From contig DATJUN010000020.1 in the NCBI GenBank assembly GCA_035502275.1, positions 1,821 to 65,820 of the forward strand: DNA of 64,000 nucleotides. The letters are read 5' to 3'. A program made the position numbers and the translations under genes. Under the pieces are notes generated by a model. It searched no databases, was not told where the DNA came from, and was given only the letters and a program-made list of their open reading frames with translations. Below are positions 36,507 through 44,253 of the stretch, in pieces; the first letter of the stretch is position 1; every line of letters starts with the position of its first letter. The DNA is from Steroidobacteraceae bacterium. Lineage in GTDB: Bacteria; Pseudomonadota; Gammaproteobacteria; Steroidobacterales; Steroidobacteraceae.

Positions 36507-37286
36507 TCAGCCTCCGGGGGAGCCTGCGTGAGCGTGGCGCGTGCGCTCCTGCAGTTCACGCAGCACACCGAGCTCCTCGCGGCTCGGCGGCGCGGTCTCG
36601 CGCAGCTCGGCCGCAAAGCGCAGCGCCCAGCCGGTCGCGGCCGTCAGCTGCTCGCGCGTGACGCCCGGATGCATCGAGGTCACCACCATCTCCTGCGTGC
36701 CGGGCTCGGGCTCGAGCACCGCGAGGTCGGTGATCAGGCGCGTAGGCCCGCGGGTGCTGATTCCCAGACGGCGCCGGTGATCGCCACCCTCCCCGTGACC
36801 GAAGGAGGTGATGAAGTCGAGCTTCGGTACGAAAGCGCGCGGAGTCTGCGCCATGGTGATGAAAATCTGGCCGCACTGGGTCGCGATCTCCGGCGCGCCG
36901 CCCCCGCCGGGCAGTCTGACCTTGGGTTTTGCATAGGGCCCCACCACGGTGGTGTTGAGATTGGCGAAGCGATCGATCTGCGCACCGCCCAGGAAGCCCA
37001 CGGTGATGCGACCGCCCTGCAGCCAATAGCGGAACATCTCCGGGACCGACACCGTCGTGAGTGCGGTATCGCACAGCTCGCCATCGCCAATCGACAGCGG
37101 CAGCACGTCTGGACGCGTTCCGATGGTGCCGGACTCGTAGATCAGCGTGATGCCCGGCGCATGCGTCAGACGCGCCAGATTGCAGGCGGCAGAGGGCGCA
37201 CCGATGCCCACGAAGCAGACGTCCTCATTGGACAGCGCGCGCGCTGCCACGACCGTCATGATCTCGTTGCCGGTGTAGTCGCTCAT
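36507..37286 (-). CDS. CoA-transferase subunit B (glutaconate/3-oxoadipate CoA-transferase type)
   Basis: MTVVAARALSNEDVCFVGIGAPSAACNLARLTHAPGITLIYESG is typical of the beta subunit. ATGA overlap with subunit A. Confidence 0.8.
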   Translation of the reverse strand: MSDYTGNEIMTVVAARALSNEDVCFVGIGAPSAACNLARLTHAPGITLIYESGTIGTRPDVLPLSIGDGELCDTALTTVSVPEMFRYWLQGGRITVGFLGGAQIDRFANLNTTVVGPYAKPKVRLPGGGGAPEIATQCGQIFITMAQTPRAFVPKLDFITSFGHGEGGDHRRRLGISTRGPTRLITDLAVLEPEPGTQEMVVTSMHPGVTREQLTAATGWALRFAAELRETAPPSREELGVLRELQERTRHAHAGSPGG

Positions 37287-38107
37287 GAGGCTTTGCCGAG
37301 CACGTGCTCGCGCACCCAGGCCTGGAAGCTGTCACGCTCGCGCGCGATCCTGTCCCAGGCGATGTAGAAGCCATTGTCGCGCTTGTAATAGCCATGCGCA
37401 TAGGAGGGATGCGCGCCGCGCGGCACCACGCTGATGGCGCTGAGGGTCCAGGCCGGCAGAATCACGCTATTGGGCGAGCGCGGACCAAAGGACTCGACAC
37501 GCTCCTCGACCGTCACGAGCGCACGCCTGGCAGCGAGCACCGCCTGTTTCTGCACCCCGACGATGCCCTCGAGCAGCACGTTGCCCTCGGCATCGGCCTT
37601 CTGTGCGTGAATGATGGCGACGTCGGGACGGATCGCCGGCACGGCGGCCAGCTCCTCGCCGGTGAACGGACAGCGGAGCGTGCGGATGGTGCGATTGACA
37701 CGCGGCAGGTCGGTGCCCAGGTAGCCACGCAGCACCGCCAGGGGCAGATTGGCGGCGCCCGCATCGTAGGCGTTGGCCATCGCAGCATGCGAGTGCTCGA
37801 TGAGCTCGAGGGGACCGGGCCAGCCGTTCTCCACCGCGTCGCGCAGCCGGTGCAGGCTACCGACCCCGGGGTTGCCCCCCCAGGAGAACACCAGACGCTC
37901 GGCGGCGCCCATCCCGATCAGCTGGTCATAGATCAGATCCGGCGTCATGCGATAGAGCGTCAGGCGACGACGGCGCTGACGGATGACCTCATGACCGGCC
38001 GCGAAGGGGATCAGGTGAGTGAAGCCCTCCATCGCCACATGATCACCGTCGCGCACGCATTCCTCGACGGCGGCGGACAGGGGCAGGAATCGCGACCGGG
38101 TACTCAT
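37283..38107 (-). CDS. CoA-transferase subunit A (glutaconate/3-oxoadipate CoA-transferase type)
   Basis: LSAAVEECVRDGDHVAMEGFTHLIPFAAGHEVIRQ and IIHAQKADAEGNV motifs. Trimmed to the ATG at 38107. Confidence 0.8.
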   Translation of the reverse strand: MSTRSRFLPLSAAVEECVRDGDHVAMEGFTHLIPFAAGHEVIRQRRRRLTLYRMTPDLIYDQLIGMGAAERLVFSWGGNPGVGSLHRLRDAVENGWPGPLELIEHSHAAMANAYDAGAANLPLAVLRGYLGTDLPRVNRTIRTLRCPFTGEELAAVPAIRPDVAIIHAQKADAEGNVLLEGIVGVQKQAVLAARRALVTVEERVESFGPRSPNSVILPAWTLSAISVVPRGAHPSYAHGYYKRDNGFYIAWDRIARERDSFQAWVREHVLGKAS

Positions 38108-38128
38108 CGGCCGTCCATCGTAGCAGAG

Positions 38129-38142
38129 CCTCGTGCACGAGG
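38129..38142. promoter_or_regulatory. Perfect 14-bp palindrome CCTCGTGCACGAGG upstream of the 14-gene array
   Basis: Read directly from the sequence. It lies 22 nt upstream of the CoA-transferase A start, in the 231-bp divergent intergenic region. Candidate operator; no cognate regulator was identified. Confidence 0.3.
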
Positions 38143-38338
38143 GCGCGGCCGGGGAAGCGCGGCGACTGGAGGCAGATAGTTGACTCCCGCGGGGGCTAAC
38201 GGAGACGCTATAGCACGGCCCACCGCCCGGGGGCCGGTATTCGGCCTCCGGATGTCTGACGGGCGGCGGTGCGGCGCGTCGCCGGTGCAGAAGCGTCCGC
38301 CGCACATAACTACAGGCGCGTGTGTAAAGGGAGGGACC

Positions 38339-40243
38339 ATGAGGATACGCTTGATGAGGCGATGGCCAGCCGGGTACCGCCCGATGCTTGCCGCCGTGGC
38401 GGCCGCTTGGGCAACCGCGGTTCTGGCCCTGGCGCTGACCGGGACGTCATGGGCCCAGGCACCCGCCATCCCGACCTTCCGCCTGCTGCATCCTTCAGAC
38501 GTCGAGCAGCTCAGTCTCTCTCCGTCCGGTAACCGGCTCGCCGCGCTGACGGTCAGCCCGAACGGCAAGGGCATCATCGTCATGGAATGGCGTAACGGTA
38601 CCCTCGTGCCCGTGCTCGGCAATGCGCTGGGCGGCGGCCGCTCCTTTACCGGTTACCAATGGCTGACCGATAACTATCTGCTGCTCCCATTCCATGACTC
38701 CCGACAGAATCTCGATCAGAGTGTGCTGGTGGACGTTCCGCACCATGCCGCCCACTACCTGAGCTCGTACGTCGATATCGTCAAGGCTCCATGGGGCGAT
38801 AGCGGGCATGTGCTGCTCTCCGGTACGGGTCAGGATTGCAGCTCGGCGGTCGCATCGCGCTGCCTGCTGACGCTGGAGGTCGCGGGAGGCGTCACCCGTG
38901 AGATCTCGGATGGCCTGGCGCTGCAGCCGATCAGCTTTCTTGCCATCTCACCGAGCGAGATCTACGCCAGCGGGCGCGATCGCGCCGGCAGGCAGCTCGA
39001 CTTTCAACTGGACCTCGACACCCGTGCCTGGCGGCCGGTTCCCGACGGTACCGTCGAGCGTCAGCGTCAGCTTCACGCCGCGCAGGACAAGCCTCCCGCC
39101 AGACCGACGCAGGACATGCTCTACCGGGCGGCGCGCGCGGGTATTCACTTGGCGACGCCCGTATATGCGCGGCCCAGCGGCCGCATCGTCGCGCTGCTGG
39201 GACATGCCCCCGAGCCTGCGCTGCTCGCGGTGGATTCATCGCTGGATGGCATCGAGGAGCTGATGACCGGACAATTGGCAGGCAAGCGCGCATCCCTCAC
39301 GGACGTCAACGACGATGCGACGCATGGACTGCTGACCGTCTGGGCGCCCGATCAACCCCCGCGCTACCTGTTCCTCACGGACACGGGGCTGCACGAATAC
39401 GCTCCGCTGGAAGTGCAGTTGGATGTCGCAAGGCTCGGGCGCACGCATTTCGAGCGCGATTGGACCCCGGGCGTCCCCGTCACGGTGACCCTGCCGCCCG
39501 CTGGCGTGCCTGTCATCGGCGCCGCCGTCGTGCCGTTCACTTCTTATGGCGGCGCCGCGGGCGAGGATCCCCTGGAGATCTATCAGGGCCGGATGCAGGC
39601 GCTGGCGCTGCGCGGCATTGCGGTCGTGCAGGTACTGGCAACCCTGCCCAACTCATTTGCGGACGCCGCCGCGGGTGCGGGCTGGCGTCAGGCGCTCCGC
39701 ATGACCATCGAAACCGTTCTCAATCATGTCAGCAGCGGGCTGCTGCACGGGCGGGACGCCTGCCTCTACGGTTTCGGCACCGACGGTGAGCTGGCACTGG
39801 CGCTGGGCGCGTTGCAGCACGTCGGCTGCGTCATTGCCGTCGATCCTCAACTAAGGGGTGACGTCAACCGCACGACCGAGGTGTACGGCGACAACATGCA
39901 GAACACCCTGACCTTTGCGGCGAGCGAGCGCGAACTGCAGAGCGACGTGCCTGCGATCTTCGGCTCGGCCCAGACCAACAGTCTGGTCGATGCCGTCTCC
40001 TGGGTCCCGACGCTACCGCCGCATGTGATGCTGGCCTTCAACATGGCCAATCCGGTTGATCTCGGGCACGCGAACGACTCTGCCGGCTTTCGCGCCGCGG
40101 TGCAGCGCTCCGGCAGACAGATCAGCTATTACGCCAGGCAGACGACCGCGCAGACCCCCGAGGCCGCCGCCGCCGGCGTCATCGACGCGGTCGTGGCTTT
40201 CGCCACGCAGTACTTCACGACATCGGCAGCGTCAGGTCACTGA
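38339..40243 (+). CDS. Secreted beta-propeller plus alpha/beta-fold protein, S9-peptidase-like but without a visible GxSxG nucleophile (paralog 1)
   Basis: Signal peptide ..LTGTSWAQA, an LSLSPSGNRLAAL propeller-blade motif, and a C-terminal alpha/beta-like region in which the expected elbow reads CLYGFGTDGELALALG. Start at the ATG at 38339 with a strong RBS (AAAGGGAGGGA). Confidence 0.6.
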   Translation: MRIRLMRRWPAGYRPMLAAVAAAWATAVLALALTGTSWAQAPAIPTFRLLHPSDVEQLSLSPSGNRLAALTVSPNGKGIIVMEWRNGTLVPVLGNALGGGRSFTGYQWLTDNYLLLPFHDSRQNLDQSVLVDVPHHAAHYLSSYVDIVKAPWGDSGHVLLSGTGQDCSSAVASRCLLTLEVAGGVTREISDGLALQPISFLAISPSEIYASGRDRAGRQLDFQLDLDTRAWRPVPDGTVERQRQLHAAQDKPPARPTQDMLYRAARAGIHLATPVYARPSGRIVALLGHAPEPALLAVDSSLDGIEELMTGQLAGKRASLTDVNDDATHGLLTVWAPDQPPRYLFLTDTGLHEYAPLEVQLDVARLGRTHFERDWTPGVPVTVTLPPAGVPVIGAAVVPFTSYGGAAGEDPLEIYQGRMQALALRGIAVVQVLATLPNSFADAAAGAGWRQALRMTIETVLNHVSSGLLHGRDACLYGFGTDGELALALGALQHVGCVIAVDPQLRGDVNRTTEVYGDNMQNTLTFAASERELQSDVPAIFGSAQTNSLVDAVSWVPTLPPHVMLAFNMANPVDLGHANDSAGFRAAVQRSGRQISYYARQTTAQTPEAAAAGVIDAVVAFATQYFTTSAASGH

Positions 40244-40275
40244 AACTGCCGCTGGCGCCGTGACGCCGTTGACCT

Positions 40276-41493
40276 TCAGGCGGCGCGCTGCGCCGTGCCC
40301 TGCAGCTGTCCGCGAACCCATTCGAGCTCGCGCGTCACATAGTCGACGATGTCGCCGGATTTCAGATGGTCCGGCAGTACGTCCCACGTGTAGGTCTCGA
40401 TCTCCAGCTGTCCACTCAGTGGACGTGCCTTGTGGAACGCCAGGGCTTCTTCGATCGCGAAGCGCGTCGTGCGGAAGTGCTCCCCGAGACTCTCGAGGAA
40501 CACCGGCACGTGGAAATGTGTGCGCCATTCGCGTGGGCCGCCGGGACTCTTGTCAAAGGCCGCAAACGCATCCTCGAGATTGGTGAAGCGCGTGAGCTTG
40601 CCGTTGCGACGCTCAACGGTTTGCGTCAGATAGATCGTGTCGGCGAATTCGCGCAGTTTGTCGATGATGCCGGGCGTGACTTCCGGAATCTGCATCGCCG
40701 CGGCTTCCTGCAGCTTGAAGACCGGGATGTCGTGATCGACGAGGCTCTGCAGCGAGGCAGAGATGTTCTCGAACTCGACTGCCTGATGACAGATATCGTA
40801 GACGGTGCCGACATGACGACGCAGCACCTCGCGGGCCTGCTGCGCGGTGCCGCCGATGAGCTGCGCCAATGCGCTGATCGACTGCTCGGCACGCAGGTGA
40901 TTGTTGAAAAAGGCGACCGTTTCTTCGGTCGTCTCCAGAAAGCACAGCGGCTCGGGCTCCAGCGCCAGCGTGATGGTGCGGCCGGTGCGCTCGCGAATCC
41001 CGTGCAGATGCGCCGCGAGCGTGCGCACGTTGGCGGCATACGCGGCGACGCTGCCATCCGTCACGCGCGGCTTGAAGCCCAGCGGGGGACTCTGGATGGA
41101 GGGATTCACGTAGGTCGGACAAACCTCGGCGAGGATGTCGGCAACCTTCCTGGTGTACTCGGTGCGCAGCCCCGTGCTCCAGTCCGGCTCGTATACCTGT
41201 TCCTTGACGACCGTGTTCTTGAACGGCCCATACGGAAAGGCATTGACCGTGTAGAGATACATGTCGTGCTCATCGAGAAACGCCTTGAGCTTGGCGCGCT
41301 CGGCCGGCTGCTGCGTCAGGGCCTCGGCGGAGGCCGCCGAGATGCGCAACGACACGCCAAACGGCTTGTTCGGCGACACGCGTGCCTTCACCTTCGGGAC
41401 GTAGGTCGTCAGGCTGTGCCAGATTTCGGGCCAGGTATCACCCGGGTGCACCAGCGTGGAGTAGGTGAGATGTCCGTATTTGCCAAGATCCAA
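40276..41493 (-). CDS. Xylose-isomerase-like TIM-barrel protein, EboE-like
   Basis: HLTYSTLVHPGDTWPEIW, VNAFPYGPFKNTVVKEQVYEPDWST and EYTRKVADILAEV resemble what I recall of EboE (metabolite traffic protein) sequences. Confidence 0.55.
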   Translation of the reverse strand: MDLGKYGHLTYSTLVHPGDTWPEIWHSLTTYVPKVKARVSPNKPFGVSLRISAASAEALTQQPAERAKLKAFLDEHDMYLYTVNAFPYGPFKNTVVKEQVYEPDWSTGLRTEYTRKVADILAEVCPTYVNPSIQSPPLGFKPRVTDGSVAAYAANVRTLAAHLHGIRERTGRTITLALEPEPLCFLETTEETVAFFNNHLRAEQSISALAQLIGGTAQQAREVLRRHVGTVYDICHQAVEFENISASLQSLVDHDIPVFKLQEAAAMQIPEVTPGIIDKLREFADTIYLTQTVERRNGKLTRFTNLEDAFAAFDKSPGGPREWRTHFHVPVFLESLGEHFRTTRFAIEEALAFHKARPLSGQLEIETYTWDVLPDHLKSGDIVDYVTRELEWVRGQLQGTAQRAA

Positions 41494-41513
41494 GTTCCTA
41501 ACCTCCGCGTGTG

Positions 41514-42542
41514 TTACGCGACACGCTCATATCGGCCCGAACGCGCGGAGGCCAGCACGGCTTCCGTCGCGGCGACACCATGGATCATCTGCTCGAGGGA
41601 AATGGGGAACGGCGCACCCCCCTGGGCCGCCGTCGCGAAAGCCTCGAGCTCCGCGCGGTTGACGTCGAATACCGGCACCTCGAGCGACTGCGCATCGCCC
41701 TTGATGGGTTGCAGCAGATAGCTGCCAAACAGGCCGCTGCGGCGCTGTTCGGAGGACTGACCCGCCACGTGCACCGCACCGCCGAGCAATGCCATGGCTT
41801 TGGAGCCGTAGACCTGGAAGCGAAAGCTGCCGGCCGTGGACATCATGGTGCACAGATAGGCCGTCGGCCCGGCCGCAAGCCGGAACAGCATCGAGGTCGT
41901 GTCATCATTGGGGCCGGGCGCGGCCCGACGCACGCTCTGGCAATAGACGCCCTCGATATCGCCGAACAAATCGATGAACCCGTCGATCGCATGCACTCCC
42001 ATGGGCAGGAGGCCGCCGCAGGGCGCCTCTTCGGGCTTGGCGCGCCAGGCATCCGCGCTCATCAGCAGCGCATTCGGTCCGCTCATGGTGCACTCGGCAT
42101 GCAGAATGGTGCCGAGCTCACCGGCGTTGATGCGGCGCTTCAGATCCACCCAGGAGGGATGAAAGCGGCGGTTGTAGCCGAGCGCGAGCGTGACCCGGGC
42201 GCGCTGCACGGCGCCAATAGCCTCCTGTGCGGCCGCCTTGGAGGCGGACAGCGGCTTCTCGCAAAAAATGTGCTTGCCGGCGCGGGCGCACTGAATGATC
42301 TGCTGCGGATGCCCCGCCGGGGGTGTGGCGAGCACGATGGCATCGATCTGGGAATCGGCGAGCAGCTCCTCGAGACTGCCCAGCAGGGGCAGGCCATGCT
42401 TGCTCGCAAGCTCCTGGTCCTGCTGCGAGCGCTTGCGCGTGGCGGCGGCCACGAAACGGATCAGCGCGCTGTCGCGCACGGAATCGATCAGCGTACCGCC
42501 CCACCAACCCAATCCGACGATTGCGACTCTCAGCGGCGCCAT
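41514..42542 (-). CDS. Gfo/Idh/MocA family oxidoreductase
   Basis: N-terminal Rossmann motif LRVAIVGLGWWGGTL and an EKPL motif (IFCEKPLS). Trimmed to the ATG at 42542. Confidence 0.8.
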   Translation of the reverse strand: MAPLRVAIVGLGWWGGTLIDSVRDSALIRFVAAATRKRSQQDQELASKHGLPLLGSLEELLADSQIDAIVLATPPAGHPQQIIQCARAGKHIFCEKPLSASKAAAQEAIGAVQRARVTLALGYNRRFHPSWVDLKRRINAGELGTILHAECTMSGPNALLMSADAWRAKPEEAPCGGLLPMGVHAIDGFIDLFGDIEGVYCQSVRRAAPGPNDDTTSMLFRLAAGPTAYLCTMMSTAGSFRFQVYGSKAMALLGGAVHVAGQSSEQRRSGLFGSYLLQPIKGDAQSLEVPVFDVNRAELEAFATAAQGGAPFPISLEQMIHGVAATEAVLASARSGRYERVA

Positions 42543-42699
42543 GGTCCGTACACCTCTTCCCGGTGACTGAAAAGCAAAAGGGGGGACCGTGATGGTACCA
42601 CAGGGCATCGCGGCAGCCGCCCGGGCGAGCAGCCGCCCGGGCGACCCGGGCCGAACGGCGGCGGCGGCGCCCTGGGGCGCCACCGCCGTCTATCGTGGC

Positions 42700-43854
42700 T
42701 CAGGCCGCCTTGCGCTTCCAGAGCCGCTCGGAGGCGATCCTCGCGCCATCCGAGAGGCTCTTGAGCTTCAGCCAGGCGACGGCCGGATCACAGCCTGACC
42801 AGCCGACGAAGGTGCCGAAGCCGCAGTCGGTGCCCGCGGTGACCCGCTCGCGTCCGAGGATGTCCGCGAAGCGCTCGATGCGCTGCGCGACCAGGCGCGG
42901 ATGCTCGACGTGATTGGTCAGCACATCGATGACACCGATGATCAGACCCTTGTCCTCCGGCAGCTTGGTCTCCTGCCACACCTCCCACTCGTGCTCGTGG
43001 CGCGGATTGCCGGCCTCGACATAGAGGAATCCCGCCTTGCTCTTGAGCACCGGATTGACCAGCTCCTTGAGCTCGATGTCGTGGTGATGAGGACCGGCAT
43101 AGTTGCCCCAGCACAGGTGGTGGCGGATCTTGTGAGGTGGCAGGCCCTTGATCGCCTCGTTCATTGCCTCGATCGCCTTGGGCACGTGGTCCTTCGGCGC
43201 CTTGGTGCCGGTCTTGCCGGCATAGCTGTGCGAATGCATCGGCAGGTCGGGCGCATCGAGCTGCAGATTGAAGCCGGCGTCGATGATGGCCTTGTACTCA
43301 TACGCCATCGCCTTGGCGGCGGCCTCGAGGTACTCGTCATCGGTCTTGTAGTAGAGATTGGGGAAGTTGAACAGCATCTGCCCGGGCGTCACCGCCGGGA
43401 TGAAGCAGTCATCCGGATCGCGAGTGCCGATGGCGGCCTTCAGGTTGTCGATATCGCGCTTGACGGCGTCCGCATCCTTCAGCTCGATCGGCCCTTCGAC
43501 ATTCGGCAAAGTCAGGTGGGCACCGCCCTCGTTGGCGAAGATCTTCTTGATGATCTCCGGAAATTCGCCCAAATCGGTGGCGACGAAGCCGGCCGGCTTG
43601 CCGAAACCCGAGTAGCGCTGAATCACATAATTGCTGAAGCCGATCTTGCTCATCTCGCCATCGCTGATGACGTCGATGCCGGCCTCGAGCTGCTTCTTGA
43701 CCATCTCCGCGACGGCGCTCTTGACGCGTGCACGTACCTTGGCTGCATCGTTGCTCTTGCCGTCGATCTCGTCCCACATCATGCGGGTGAGATCATCCGG
43801 CCGCGGCAGGCTACCGGCGTGGGTGGTCAGAATGCGATCGGTACTTCTCTTCAT
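42700..43854 (-). CDS. Cobalamin-independent methionine synthase II (MetE C-terminal-like) family protein
   Basis: ILTTHAGSLPRPDDL N-terminal motif, and HLCWGNYAGPHHHD plus a later TDCGFG motif consistent with the Zn site. Trimmed to the ATG at 43854. Confidence 0.75.
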   Translation of the reverse strand: MKRSTDRILTTHAGSLPRPDDLTRMMWDEIDGKSNDAAKVRARVKSAVAEMVKKQLEAGIDVISDGEMSKIGFSNYVIQRYSGFGKPAGFVATDLGEFPEIIKKIFANEGGAHLTLPNVEGPIELKDADAVKRDIDNLKAAIGTRDPDDCFIPAVTPGQMLFNFPNLYYKTDDEYLEAAAKAMAYEYKAIIDAGFNLQLDAPDLPMHSHSYAGKTGTKAPKDHVPKAIEAMNEAIKGLPPHKIRHHLCWGNYAGPHHHDIELKELVNPVLKSKAGFLYVEAGNPRHEHEWEVWQETKLPEDKGLIIGVIDVLTNHVEHPRLVAQRIERFADILGRERVTAGTDCGFGTFVGWSGCDPAVAWLKLKSLSDGARIASERLWKRKAA

Positions 43855-44253
43855 AACTGCGCTCCTTGGCGAATGGGCGAGGCATGGCCATCCGGGGAGG
43901 GGCCGAGCGGCCGGCGTCAACCATCCCCGGGACGCTCCACGACTGGAAGATCCTGCCTTCTCTATGTCCTGCTATGGGTACGAGGGGTTCATGCTGGCGC
44001 AGCATCCACCCCGCGCGACCCCCGACTATAGGGAGGCCTCCGATCGGCCGTCAAGCGCACGCCGGCAGGCCATCGGGAGCAGGCTCACCATGCGCGCCAT
44101 CGATGACGATCATTGACCGGATCTGTTTATTCGCCAGCGGCACTGTAAAATGCCGCCCAGCGTCCGCGCAGGAAAACAAGGAATTGTCCCAGGAAGCGCG
44201 ACAGCCGCGCGACGCTGACCCTCTTCGCTCCCAGTCAGACAGGGGGGATTCAG

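Noticed and set aside
43855-44253. Possible cobalamin riboswitch in the 400-bp region upstream of the MetE-like gene. The segment GGAAGATCCTGCC resembles a B12 box.
   Set aside because: - The B12-box-like string is on the plus strand, which is the wrong strand for the MetE-like gene, and has an extra base relative to the consensus.
- I could not find the other conserved cobalamin-aptamer blocks (GGGAA, GGTG..AATCC, GCCACTG) on either strand.
- It needs an Infernal/Rfam scan before any claim.
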